64,000 nucleotides of DNA from Octopus vulgaris (Eukaryota). Below, piece by piece: positions 1 through 11,976 of this stretch (positions are counted from its first letter, which is position 1; each line of letters opens with the position of its first letter). The notes below the pieces were generated by a model. That model did not search any database. It was given only the letters and a program-made list of their open reading frames with translations, and had not been told where the DNA came from. The stretch lies in NCBI GenBank assembly GCA_951406725.2, contig OX597819.1:15810001-15874000 (forward strand). The letters are read 5' to 3'. The position numbers and the translations under genes are program-made.

Positions 1-113
1 TGGGTCATTGAGGTACCAGTCATATATTGGTATCAATTAAATTAATCAACACCCTTTCCTTGGTGCTGTGTCTATGTTAAAATTTAATTCTTCTTCTTTG
101 TTGTCTTCGTCTC

Positions 114-147
114 CTCCTCCTCCTCCTCATTATCATCATCATCATCA

Positions 148-185
<38 letters not shown>
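114..185. repeat. compound (CCT)n(CAT)n(TAT)n microsatellite
   Basis: Trinucleotide runs read directly. Confidence 0.95.
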
Positions 186-400
186 GTGGGTTTCCAGAAT
201 TGGTAGAGCATCAAAGAAAATGCTTTGCAGTACTAGTTTTGGCCCCTTATATTCTGAGTTCAAATCGTACCAAAGCCAGACTTGCCTTTCATCCACTTCA
301 GGGTTGATAACAATAAAACACCACTCAAGTACTCAGGTTGATGTAATCAACTACCCCCTCCCCTCAAAAATTACTGGCATTGTACCTAGATTAGAAAAAA
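186..400 (+). mobile_element. diverged tRNA-derived SINE (family A, GGCGAGCTGGCAGAA...GAGTTCAAAT head)
   Basis: Contains ttctgagttcaaat (B-box-like) and cttgcctttcatcc, matching the better copies at 24.4-25.2 kb. Confidence 0.7.
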
Positions 401-459
401 AAAAATATATATTGATTGATTGTTACTGTACAGGTAAGCTTGCCAATGACATTGGTCTG

Positions 460-795
460 TGTCTGCTGCTGCTGCTACTACTACTACTACAGGGACTAGA
501 TTATGAATTTACTACTACTACTACTACTAATTTGATGCTGCTGCTTCTACTGTTATTGCGACTGTAGAATTACTGCTATAACATTACTGCTGCTACTACT
601 ACTACTACTACTACTACTATGACTGCTGCTACAACTACATTGACTTCTAGAACCTTACTACTACTACTACTACTACTGCTGCTGCTGCTACTACTACCAT
701 TACAATGACTACATCTTTTACATTACTGCTGCTGCTGCTGCTACTACTACTACTACTGCTGCTACTACTACTACTACTAGCACTGCTACTGTCAC
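460..795. repeat. (CTA/CTG)n low-complexity tract
   Basis: Read directly. Confidence 0.9.
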
Positions 796-974
796 CACTT
801 TGATCAATCACTATGGCTTCACAAGCACAGCTCGTCACCCCCCTCCCCTTACTTGCCAATACTATAATCTCCATCCTCTACACCTGCTGCCACACCTCAC
901 CTGTTATTTAACCATCCATTAACACAAGGTCAGTGTATCAGTTGATCGGGAAGCTTCAAGCAACAAGATGATGT

Positions 975-1058
975 CTGTCTGTGTGTGTGTGTGTGTATAT
1001 GCATATGCATGTGTCTTTCTACATATATAACTGTATAAGTCTATGTATGTATGTATGC

Positions 1059-1110
<52 letters not shown>

Positions 1111-1129
1111 GTGTATGTATGTATGAATG

Positions 1130-1169
<40 letters not shown>

Positions 1170-1445
1170 TATGTATGTAGATATATGTATGTATGTGTGT
1201 ATATATATGTGTATATATATATATATATATAGGTATGTATGTAGATATATGTATGTATGTGTGTATATATATGTGTATATATATATATATGTATGTGTGT
1301 ATATGTATGTATATATGTATGTATATGTATGTATGTATGTATGTGTGTATATATATGTGTATATATATATGTATGTATGTATATATATGTATGTATGTAT
1401 GTATATATGTATGTATGTATGTATATATGTATGTATGTGTGTGTG
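975..1445. repeat. compound (AT)n/(GTAT)n microsatellite
   Basis: Read directly; source of the YIYI/CVCV ORFs. Confidence 0.95.
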
Positions 1446-1750
1446 AAGGCGTGCAGCTCAGTAGTGAGGGTTTTCGGTTCATGATGGTGAGGTCGTGAAT
1501 TCGATTCCCAGCTGCACGTTGTCTCCTTGAGCAAGACACTTTGTTTCACCTCGCTCCAGTCCTCTCAGCTGGCAAACATGTCCTTTAAGAGGGGCCAGCC
1601 TTGTCGCACTCTGTCATTGCTGAACCTCCCCAAGAAGTACATTCAGGGTATGCATGTCTGCAGAGTGCTCAACCGCTTGCACGTTAATTTCACGAGCAGG
1701 TTGTTGCACTCCTCAGATTAACTGCAACACTCACCGTCATATCTGACCAA
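1446..1750 (+). mobile_element. tRNA-derived CORE-like SINE (family B)
   Basis: A/B-box-like head (gctcagtagtgagg...ttcgattccc), CORE-like ccttgagcaagacacttt, and tail gcacgttaatttcacgagcag; homologous to 32855-33170. Confidence 0.8.
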
Positions 1751-1812
1751 GTGCCAGTTATTCAATATATGTATATGCATGTGTATATGCATAGTTATGT
1801 GCAGTATGTACA

Positions 1813-1864
<52 letters not shown>

Positions 1865-2002
1865 CATATATATAGGTACATGTGTGTGTGTGAGTGTTTG
1901 TGTATGTATATATATGTACATATATCTATGTAAATATATATATGTATATATATTTATATGCATATGTGAGAGTATGTATATCATCTAATTTGCTTGTGCC
2001 AG

Positions 2003-2035
2003 AGTTCCCCTTGTCAAGATAGAGTTGAGATCTGG
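2003..2035 (+). CDS. candidate small internal exon of an unidentified gene (VPLVKIELRS(G) in the phase-2 reading)
   Basis: Acceptor ttgcttgtgccag and donor GG|gtagat; phase-compatible with the next candidates; frame ambiguous. Confidence 0.3.
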
Positions 2036-2152
2036 GTAGATGTTTACCTTCAGTCTAAACATCCACCCATCTTTGTCATCAATGTTTAACAAACTCACTC
2101 CCATTTTCCTTTTCCTTCTTACACTGAATTTACTGCTTTTAATTTTCCCCAG

Positions 2153-2194
2153 TGGCCGAAGGGTGTGGTGTTGGACAGCTGGGCATAGACTCAA
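2153..2194 (+). CDS. candidate exon (GRRVWCWTAGHRL(K)); alternatively a terminal exon AEGCGVGQLGIDSSF*
   Basis: Strong polypyrimidine acceptor ttttaattttccccag and a GC-richer island; donor AA|gttttt is weak. Confidence 0.35.
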
Positions 2195-2375
2195 GTTTTT
2201 AATTCATGCTACAGCACTTATACACACACATACATACACACATCTATACACACGCACTCATACGCATGTACGCATACAGGTTTGTATTTGGATCTATAAT
2301 TTGATTTTAATTACTTTCTTGACACAAGAAATACTCAGAGGTGAACCATCAATTCTAAAATTGCTTCTCGCGCAT

Positions 2376-2414
<39 letters not shown>

Positions 2415-2468
2415 TTATTTATATACATATACGTATATGTCTGTATAAACACATGCATTCATGTATAT

Positions 2469-3419
2469 TGTTGAAGGTCAGTGAGCTGTGATGACTCTTG
2501 ATGAATTTGAACTCATCTCGTCACTGTTTCAGAAGTGTCAGTGGCCACCACATATGATAACGTCCACAATCACATGTGATAGCAGACGAGACTTGTAATA
2601 GGTTCCGGAAGGAAGTAAATGCACCCCACCCAAGGAACACCTGCCACTGCAGCTAGCAGGTGTTTCTTGGTTTTATGTATTGCTGTATACCATGTCGCCA
2701 TGACTACCATGTTGTTGTTATTGTTGTTGCAGTGATGTGTCTGTCCAAACTGTTAACTCCTGTTGGTTGGAGTTAGCTGCCCTTGACTTGACTAACCACT
2801 TCAGATAGTTATAACTATTTGTTCAATGTGTTTGATCAGCCTCATTTAACTGAGGCTGTCACTAATTTCTATATGTTACTGGGTGGTCAGTCTAGTTGCC
2901 TTGATTGGCCAATTTAGTCAAGTATGGATGTTGTTTCTGTGTTGTGATCGGTCAGTTTGGCCAGGGTTTCAATGTTGTGATTTGTCCATTTGTCCGAAGA
3001 ACAACCAGCTTTGGTAGAATAGAATGGTACGACTTGGAATAACATCGATGTTGTCCCTCCTCCTGTCGGTGATTCTGTTTTGTAGTTGTGCCGTTGACCC
3101 TTCAGCCCTAACTGCTACAAACCCCGACTCTACATGTGAATACCATGTGGCCCATTTGCTCTACACATGCTGGGATCGAATGTGAACAGCATGTGTGCAG
3201 TGAACTGTGTCACCGTGTGTTCACGCTGGGCAATTGAGGAAGGTATGCAATTGTTTGTATACAGTTGCATCTTTGTCTGTCTGTTAGTCAATAACCTTCC
3301 TTCCTTCCCATGTTAACCTTTTCATTGCTTTCTTCCTTCTTTCCTTCTACACATCCTCGTCTGGGTTCCACTCGTCACTGTTGTACAGTAATTAGCTTTC
3401 ACTGCTGACTGACTTCACA
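2469..3419 (-). mobile_element. degenerate Gypsy-type LTR retrotransposon remnant (gag/protease-like)
   Basis: TG...CA ends, PBS-like (aca)gtgacgag, frameshifted FDPS..E.WATWYSHVESGFVA gag-like motif, and a KTKKHLLA.SG protease-like trace. Confidence 0.4.
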
Positions 3420-3750
3420 CACTCCCTGAATATTCAGCAATTATCCATTTGTGTGTCGATGTATATATATTCATAAACATACATATATATATACACATAC
3501 CTATACCTATATGCATTTGCACACACACATATATATACACATGTGGATATGTATGTATGTGCGTATATACACATAGGTATTGGTATGTGTGTGTGTATAT
3601 GTACACGAATATATAAGTGTGTGCATATACACACATACACGTACATACATATGCTCACATGTGTATATTGTGTATGTGTCTGTAAACACCTACTACCACT
3701 CATGCAATACCACCATCAGTTTACATCAACACTATCAACTTACTGCTGTA

Positions 3751-3916
3751 CTATCAGCCTAAATCTACACTATCAGTCTAAATGTACACTATTGGCCTAC
3801 TACATCAGTGCTATTGGCTTACATCAATGCTCTCCTCTTACGTCAAAGCTATCAGCCTAAAACAACACTATCAGCCTAAAACAACACTATCAGCCTAAAA
3901 CAACACTATCAGCCTA
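3751..3916. repeat. 19-bp minisatellite AACAACACTATCAGCCTAA
   Basis: About 3.5 near-perfect units at 3848-3916, with degenerate units upstream. Confidence 0.85.
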
Positions 3917-4744
3917 TTAACCCAAAAAGCAGTTACTCAGTAAAAATGCTGGCTATAATCAATCGCTACTCCAACCGTGGTTTGAACCCTCACCTGCCAC
4001 GTTAGTTTTAGTCAATGCTCCCGTTTGATACACTGACCTGAGACTTTTCTGATGGATGATATTTTCGGTAAAAACATAAAAAGCTATATTTGCTCATTCA
4101 TATGTTGACAGACAGAAACATGCATGTACATATTGAGAAATGTATGCATGCACTTGTGTGTATGTATATATATACACACACACACACACATGCGGAAACT
4201 TGATTTGTCAAAGTTTGGTTTTGATTGTAGCTTTTCTGGAGATGTTGTTTTTGGTTTCTTATATTTCTACTTGGTTTGGTGTGACAGCATGTAGAGACTT
4301 CATTGTAGTATTGGTGTTGGCACTCCACACTCCTCCACACGATTTTATAATAATAATAATAATAATAATAAAGTAGCAGTTATATACCAATAGAAAAGGG
4401 ATGAGGGTTTTACTCCACTTTAGGTGAAAAAAATTGGATTGCTGGTGAGGCACATTGGAGCTGTGTGATACCATGGCCCATTAATACATTGTGTACAACT
4501 GTGAGATGCACTGTCCACTGTGACATAGTATTTCACAGTGTCACACAGTGTCATTGAGTGCATTTGTATGGCACGTTGTGCAAACCTTTGGCACAGTAGT
4601 ATATTCTGTAGTGCAGCATGACATGGTGGTGCATCATGGCACAGTGACCTGATCTCATTTAATACATTCCCACCCACTTGAATTTTCTTAAGTTTTCATG
4701 CCCGTGTAAGCAATCATCATCATCATCATCATCATCTTTATTAT

Positions 4745-5172
4745 TATGAGGAACTGGATTGATAGAACCAGCAGAGCATTGGGGAAAATGCCTTTGTGTT
4801 ATTTTGTTCCTGTTCTTTGTTTTCTGGATTCAAATCCTTTGGAGGTCAACTTTGTCTTTCATCATTCAGAGATTAAAGTACCACTTAAGTACTTGGGGGT
4901 CGATATTGATCGTTACCATCCCCTCGAATTTCAAGCCTTGTGCTAATGTTAGAAATTATTATTGTTATTATTATTATCCCCTGTTAGCATGCCGGACAAA
5001 ATGCTTCGTGACATTTTTTCCAGCTTTTTGTTCTGTGTTCAAATTCTGCCCAGGTTCACTTTTCCTTTCATCCTTTCAAGGTCGATGAAACCAGTACCAG
5101 CCGAGCACAAGGGTCAATGTAATCGACTAACCCTGTTCACCCCAAATCTCAAGCCTTGTGCACATAATAGAA
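4745..5172 (+). mobile_element. two tandem diverged family-A SINEs
   Basis: Twice-repeated ttcaaat / ttt.cctttcatc / gtacca / aagccttgtgc, each followed by (ATT)n. Confidence 0.7.
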
Positions 5173-5373
5173 AGGATTATTATTAATATTATTATTCGAC
5201 TTCTCCCAGTTGAAATCCCCCAGTCTATAACGTGCCTTTTTTAACTGTTTCATGTTTTTATTAAAAACATAATTATTTTCTTCCAAAATTTTTTAATATT
5301 TATATTAGAGATATTATGATAAACACAAGATGCAGTTTATATCATTTGTTCCCCATGTATGTTTCCCCTGCAG

Positions 5374-5473
5374 GGGATGTTACCAATACATTTGGTTGCT
5401 GAACCATGACAACTTCTTCGAGGAACACTTCATTGCATCATGTTATACAGATCAAGTGCTTCTCACTGTACAT
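5374..5473 (+). CDS. probable coding exon GCYQYIWLLNHDNFFEEHFIASCYTDQVLLTVH
   Basis: Acceptor gtttcccctgcag and donor CAT|gtgaga; only one frame is open across the 100 bp; it ends in phase 0, matching the 8898 exon. Confidence 0.55.
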
Positions 5474-5532
5474 GTGAGATGTAATCTATCTGTCTAAATT
5501 ATCCTATCTATCTATCTTTATCTGTCTGTCTA

Positions 5533-5565
<33 letters not shown>

Positions 5566-5636
5566 CTATCTTTATATCTATATGTGTGCACGCACACACA
5601 CACACACACACACATACACATGCACGCACATGCATA

Positions 5637-5810
5637 TACAGGTGTAGCTATGTGTGTATCAACTTTGCTTCAGAACCACAAAAAGGTTCCAAGTTCAGTT
5701 CCACGGCATGGTGCTTTGGTTAAGTGTCTTCTGCTACAGTTTGAAATTGACCAATGTCCTTGTGAGTGAAATTTAGAAGGGAGAAACTGTAAGGAAGCCT
5801 ACCATGTGCA
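5637..5810 (+). mobile_element. diverged head of family-C SINE
   Basis: Matches ggc.caggagtggctgtgtgg...gttcagtcccac...ccttgtgagtgga. Confidence 0.7.
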
Positions 5811-6607
5811 TATGTGTATAATACATACATACACATACACACACACATACACAAAGAAATGATTCATGTTTTGAGTTAAAACTTTGTAGATTTGTACTTT
5901 TGTCTCTCTTCTTTACTGGTTTGCTATGGAAAGAGGGGCTGTGACCCCCTCCATTGTTGTTCACAGGCCCCTTTTTGAGACTTATCAGATCAGAGTAGTT
6001 AATGTTTCTCTTGAACAAACTCAGGAAATATCTTTATAAATCAATGGTTGAAGGAATTCTGAAAGGATTTCTTTTGCGGATCTAATGTTTTTAATAATGA
6101 TAATGATGATAATAATAATAATAATAATGACAATGATGACTTTTGTATTGGCCACAGGGGCTCAAACATTTAGAACAGTTCACGGACATACAATTTAGAA
6201 TACAGTGGTGGAGCGGGGCTGGAGGCTGAGATGAAATAGTAAAAAAATGGTGGAATAAAGATATAAATTAAAATAACTATATATATCATTTTTCCCTCTG
6301 TTGATATGCCTTAACGACATTTAGCTGTGATTAGTAAATCATGTATGTGAGACACTTTATATATACATATATATATATATACACATACATACATGCACAC
6401 TGAAGTTTGTGTGTACCTTTCCATATCTCTGCATTTCCCCTCTGTCTGTCTGTCTGCTCCCCCCCCATCTCCCTAAATATTAATCAGCATAAACTGTCAT
6501 CTTTAAATCCTAATTTGCTTCGTTACTTTACCTTGATATTTTAATTAATTACACTGCTGAATTATTCATAAATCCCAAATATCATTCTGCTGATCTATTA
6601 TTTCATA

Positions 6608-6652
<45 letters not shown>

Positions 6653-6770
6653 TGTGGGCATAGCCGTGTGGTTACTTCGTTATCGAGAAATCTTGTAGAA
6701 TACAATATCCTTTTATTCTCTTCAACCTAAATGCTGTGGCCATGCTGAGATATATACATATATACATATT

Positions 6771-8159
6771 TTCTTCCAGTACTGTCTCAACAATGGTGCT
6801 ACTCCGGAGCAGTGGAAAACTGCCAGTGTCATTCCTCTGTTCAAAAAGGGCGACCGCACATCACCTGTCAACTATCGCCCAGTCAGTCTCACTAGCTGTA
6901 TTGCAAAACTGATGGAATCGTGTGTCAGAGAAACACTCTGGAACTTCTGGAGCTCTCACAGTCTCATCCGACCCTCACAATATGGATTTGTCCCTAACTC
7001 CAGCTGCAGTGACCAGCTTGTCGAGTTCCTTGAGGACATTACTCAGATTACTGACAGTGGCTCATGGGTGGATGTTGTCTACCTTGACTTTGCTAAGGCT
7101 TTCAACTCTGTGCCACACAAAAGGCTTATGGTGAAACTCTCTGCAATGGGTGTGGGGGATGACCTTTTTAACTGGTTGAAATCCTTCATCCTCAGCCGAA
7201 AGGAGGTAGTCACAGTTCTAGGACAGCACTCTACACCATATGAGATGTCATCGGGTGTACCACAGGGATCTGTCCTTGGTCCCCTCTTGTTTGTGGCATA
7301 CATTAACGACATAGATGCCAATTTAAAGAATGCCACAGTATTGAAATATGCAGACGACATCAAGCTGTACCTTGAAATCAAGAGGACAGATCCTGATGTC
7401 TACAACTCTTTCCTGCAATCAGACCTAGACACAATGCAGCAATGGATCACAGACTGGCAACTGAAACTGGCTGTGGACAAGTGTACCACCATGCATTTTG
7501 GGAGAAAAAACCCTGCGTTCACATACTCCCTCCACAACACTGATATCAAGAAATCCTCTTGTGAGCGTGACCTAGGCATCACTGTCAGCAGTGATTTGCG
7601 TTGGTCAAAGCATATCTCTAAGATTGTCAGGAAGGCCGAGGGTGTCTTGGCATCACTCAGCAGGTCTTTTGTTAGCCGCTCTCCAGCCATCTATTTAAAA
7701 CTGTATACAGCTATGGTACGACCACACTTGGAATTCGCATCATCAGTTTGGAACCCCTATCTTGCACAGAACATTGACCTCCTGGAATCTGTCCAGAGAC
7801 GTGCAACCAAACGCATACCCTCCATCAGACACCTACCATATTCTGAGCGCCTTGTTTCCCTGGGCATGGATTCACTGAAGCTCCGGCGTTTGGCGACGGA
7901 CTTGGTAAACACCCACAAAGTTATCAACCACCTCACCAACAACAACACTGAACACCTTTTTGATCTCCATGTGTCTAACACACGTGGACATGCCTACAAA
8001 GTCAGAAAACAATACAGCTCCCATGACTTTCGGAAACATTTTTTCACGCTCAGAGTTGCTGAAGCATGGAATAAACTGCCTGCGTCAGTTGTTGACTGCC
8101 ATGACACTGCATCTTTTAAGGCCCTCATGCTTTCCGAAATCCGCCGAAACTACACCTGA
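6771..8159 (+). CDS. reverse transcriptase (C-terminal part of LINE ORF2)
   Basis: Frame open from 6771: WKTASVIPLFKKG, NYRPVSLTS, QYGF, YLDFAKAF, GVPQGSVLGPLLF, YADD, LESVQRRATK, FFTLRV..WN.LP. Confidence 0.92.
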   Translation, partial: FFQYCLNNGATPEQWKTASVIPLFKKGDRTSPVNYRPVSLTSCIAKLMESCVRETLWNFWSSHSLIRPSQYGFVPNSSCSDQLVEFLEDITQITDSGSWVDVVYLDFAKAFNSVPHKRLMVKLSAMGVGDDLFNWLKSFILSRKEVVTVLGQHSTPYEMSSGVPQGSVLGPLLFVAYINDIDANLKNATVLKYADDIKLYLEIKRTDPDVYNSFLQSDLDTMQQWITDWQLKLAVDKCTTMHFGRKNPAFTYSLHNTDIKKSSCERDLGITVSSDLRWSKHISKIVRKAEGVLASLSRSFVSRSPAIYLKLYTAMVRPHLEFASSVWNPYLAQNIDLLESVQRRATKRIPSIRHLPYSERLVSLGMDSLKLRRLATDLVNTHKVINHLTNNNTEHLFDLHVSNTRGHAYKVRKQYSSHDFRKHFFTLRVAEAWNKLPASVVDCHDTASFKALMLSEIRRNYT

Positions 8160-8208
8160 TTATATATACACTTTAGATGAGTTGTAGTGCACCTGAGCAC
8201 TGTACACA

Positions 8209-8237
<29 letters not shown>
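6771..8237 (+). mobile_element. 5'-truncated CR1-like (Jockey group) non-LTR retrotransposon, young
   Basis: Intact RT frame, short 3'UTR with AGTGC-acctga-GCACT hairpin, and (ATT)n tail. Confidence 0.9.
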
Positions 8238-8285
<48 letters not shown>

Positions 8286-8449
8286 TAATAAAAAGGGTTC
8301 AGCAAAAGAATTGCCTCACCGCATACCGAAGTTCAGAAATAGCAGCCAAAATCTTAGCCATTTCTTCTACTTTAAAAAAGGGTCTTCCAGAGAACCCAAA
8401 ATACTTGAAGTTTAATCACACAGGCGGAGAGTAAAGCAACGAAAATCAA

Positions 8450-8494
<45 letters not shown>

Positions 8495-8897
8495 TTCTAT
8501 TCTCTTCAACCCTAATGCTGTGGCCATGCTGGGATATATATATATATAATATCTCTATTATCTTTCTTTTTATCTTCCACATCACTAAACTCCTGTTCTG
8601 TCCATTGTGTTATCCTTTGTCCTTTATTACTAAATACGGTCAATGAAAAGAAAAACCAGTTATTACATAATGATGCATTAAATATATAAATACAAATATA
8701 TATATACATATATATACATATATATATAAATAAACATATCCTCAACAGAAGTGGCTTTATGCCTGGCTAATATATATCATTACTCTTGTCATCAATCATC
8801 ATTATCATCATCATCATCATTATGTAAGTATGTCTATAGCCATCATCATCATCATCAATGATATGCAATGATCATTTGATTGACTTTCTTCTTTCAG

Positions 8898-8915
8898 GTG
8901 TCTAAAGAGGTTTAA
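8898..8915 (+). CDS. probable terminal coding exon (VSKEV*)
   Basis: Acceptor tgactttcttctttcag then GTG TCT AAA GAG GTT TAA, followed by long unique AT-rich sequence. Confidence 0.5.
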   Translation: MSKEV

Positions 8916-9414
8916 TTTTGTCATTAATTCTTTTGAGCAAGGCATGAATATCACAACCTCTTGTGTGCATCCTTAAAAAAAAAAGACAAAAAATTCAAGT
9001 AATTAGAGCCATTTTATTATTACCAATAATAATAATAATAATAATGATAATAATAATAATAATATAACAATATATTTAATGATTTTGAAAATGATATTTT
9101 TTAGTATTAATTATTTTTTTAATAATAATAATAATAATAATAATAATGGTAATAATGGTGTTCCATTGTTGTGTTTCAATTTAGAGATTGTCTTCCTACA
9201 GTTAGAGGTTAACTCACTCCACCTCTGCCCCCTGCACCCCTCTGTCTTTTATTGAATTATTTTTAATACCCTTCAAAACCTAAATTACTTGGGTGCCTTG
9301 TGGTGACTGGTTGTGTGGGACCAGTGCCTTATGGTGATAAGTTCCGGGTCTTCTCAGACTACATCATTTGTTGAATAGGTGTGTGTGTGTGTGTGTGTGT
9401 ATAAACACATGCAT

Positions 9415-9459
<45 letters not shown>

Positions 9460-10593
9460 GAGTGTGTGTAGTAGTTTGTTTTTCTGAAAACCGTTCTTAT
9501 AATCTGCTCAGATCCTTCATCAATCATCTTTTGTGATGCCACTTAATGTTGACTGTTGTAAGGTAATTCTGTTGACACCCATATCATCACACACACACAC
9601 ACACATACACACATGCACACACTGGTTGACGAGAGGGAATGCTATCATTTTCTCTGTACTGTTGCTGCTAGCCCCAGCTTTTATCACTTGGTGCTAACTT
9701 TTTGCCCTTAGCCCCCCCCCACCTTTTAATAATTTCTAACTTTACTGAAATCTCAGATTCTAACCTGAATGCCCCGCCCCCTAAACCCTGATCAAACCAA
9801 TCCATGCCTTATTGTTTCTTACAATTCTTTAATAAACTGCCTTATATTAAAAAAAAAATAATAAAAACAATTTTAAAAAAAATATACTCCCCCCCCCCCC
9901 ACAAAAAAAAAAACCTGTAACTTAAAAACAGTGGAGAGGAAACTGTGGCCAAGTGGACAAATTGTTATTTTTATAGTCAAAAACGTCGTGGGTTCAATTT
10001 CCTGCATTGACACTGATGGTGTTTTTTTGTAATTTTTTTCGTATGTTCAAAGAATTTTTTTTAAAAGATGTATAAAATTCTGATCGACTGACTAATTATC
10101 AGCCTCTGTCTGTCTAATCAGTAGATAATTAAATAATCAGGGAGAAACAATCCATCTTATTAATAAAGAGTGCTTTGTTACTCTTATGTTATCTAACGAG
10201 CAGTGATTTTTTTTTTAACCTGAAGCCAAGACTTCAAACTGTAATCAATTTGTGTCCTCGTTTAGGGTTTTCAATTGTTTATATTTTTTGTGCTGTTATT
10301 TTCTATGAAAGAAACTGTAATTATATTTATTGATCTGTTTTAATTAATTAATTTTTATAATTATATATATATATATACACACCCATATATATATATATAT
10401 ATATATATATATCTTTGTATCTTTCTATATATTTCTATATATTTTTATCATCTTACTAACGATTTGGTAAGCTATGTAAATAAAGTTATTTTCCCTCAAA
10501 TATACATGTATATACATACATTCTATGTACATTGTACATCTTAAAATTTAGCTTTGTGTCTACATATATGCCTATACATACATACATATATAT

Positions 10594-10644
<51 letters not shown>

Positions 10645-10740
10645 GTCATGTAAACAAGCAAGTTTGTTTTTGAAATATCTTGTAGAACAAGTTGAAAGAT
10701 ACATTTTTTTTTCAATGTGTAAATAAATCCTTTAAAATGT
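8916..10740 (+). other. probable long 3'UTR
   Basis: TE-free U-rich unique sequence with AATAAA at 9831, 10479 and 10722; repeats resume after about 10745. Confidence 0.5.
10722..10727 (+). promoter_or_regulatory. candidate polyadenylation signal AATAAA
   Basis: Lies after a U-rich, TGTA-rich upstream context at the end of the unique tract. Confidence 0.4.
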
Positions 10741-10869
10741 TTTAGCCCGAAGGCCGCGGCCATGCTGGGGCACCACCACTACTGAACAAATTTTTCTGCT
10801 CTTAAAGGATTTTATCCTTTATATATATTGTTCAGTATTTACATGTTGAAAAAAATTTATCTATTTACT

Positions 10870-10900
<31 letters not shown>

Positions 10901-11519
10901 ATAGGCACACTTAGATGTATACATACATATATATTTATATATGTAGGTACACATACATGTATACGTACATATATCTTCATATATACACATACACTCACAC
11001 GTATGTTGCATATATATGTATACGCAACTTCCCCATCCCCTGTCCATCTTTTCTCTTTCTGATTTCTAAAGTTTCTTTTTTTTTTCTGCGACCCTCCCTC
11101 TTTTACCCCCCCCCCCTATACCCCACTCCACCCCCCTCTGTTTTGGTTTCAAGATCAAATATTCAAAACTCAAAGGCTTCCCCTCCCCCATCTCTAGCCA
11201 AACTCTCCCTTCCCTCATCTTTCAACAACAACAACAACAGCTAGAACAAGAATGTAGAGTGTTTTTCTCTGCCTCGACATCCTCCTCTTACTTCTACCCC
11301 CCTCCACCAACCCTCAGACAGTCAAATTAATCAACAATGGAGAAAATAAAGGTATTTTGAAATATTTTTTAATTAGAATTTCTTGTCAGTTTTTGTTTTC
11401 ATTTATTTCTAGTATATGCTGTTGTTGTTTGGTCTCGTAATCAGTCCTGAAAAGCTTTCCAACCATGGCTATCCTGTCTGACCAGCGGTCGGGTGGGTGG
11501 TGGGGCGGCGAAGGGTATT

Positions 11520-11640
11520 ATCTTGCTTGAAAATGGGTGAGGAAAACAGGAAGGTCACCCAGCTATAAAAAAACCCTGCTTCATCAAATTCCGTCCAATC
11601 CATGCAAGCATGGAAAAGTGGACTAAAACGATGACGATGT
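11520..11640 (+). mobile_element. SINE/LINE 3' tail fragment (ccatgcaagcatggaaaagtggac...(GAT)n)
   Basis: Terminal hairpin CCATGC-aa-GCATGG followed by a gatgacgatg tail. Confidence 0.55.
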
Positions 11641-11681
11641 TGATATTGATCATTCTGTTTTATATTCAGCCATAGTGTATA

Positions 11682-11976
11682 TTCTTCTTTCGCCCTTTTC
11701 AAGCCTAGCCAGGCTCATGGGCCCGGTTTCCCGGTTTCTGTGGCGTATGTGTTCCCTCCAGATGGACGGGACGCCAGTCCATCGCAGCGTTACTCAAGAA
11801 ACAGGAAGAGAGAATGAGAGAAAGTTGTGGCGAAAGAGTACAACAGGGGTCGCCACCACCCTCTGCCGGAGCCTCGTGGAGCTTTTAGGTGTTTTCGCTC
11901 AATAAACACACAACGCCCGGTCTGGGAATCGAAACCGCGATCCGCTGCCCTAACCACTGGGCCATTGCGCCTCCAT
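11682..11976 (-). mobile_element. tRNA-derived SINE with V-domain-like segment (family D)
   Basis: Minus strand: ggcgcaatggcccagtggttaggg head, gtttcgattccc B-box, and gcgatggactggcgtcccgtcca V-like core. Confidence 0.75.

Noticed and set aside
919-1549. Long ORFs rich in YI/HT/CV, here and throughout the window (including poly-N, poly-T, poly-L and poly-H ORFs)
   Set aside because: They are translations of stop-free microsatellites, not genes.
3751-3916. Regular short repeats resembling a CRISPR array
   Set aside because: Contiguous 19-bp tandem units with no unique spacers, no cas genes, and a eukaryotic context.
7079-7981. Antisense ORFs over the RT
   Set aside because: Shadow frames of the LINE ORF.
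6714-8540. 43-bp direct repeat (6714-6756 and 8498-8540) as TSD of the CR1-like LINE
   Set aside because: It has three mismatches, the second copy is about 260 bp from the LINE tail, and it contains a motif common to SINE tails; more likely an older duplication.
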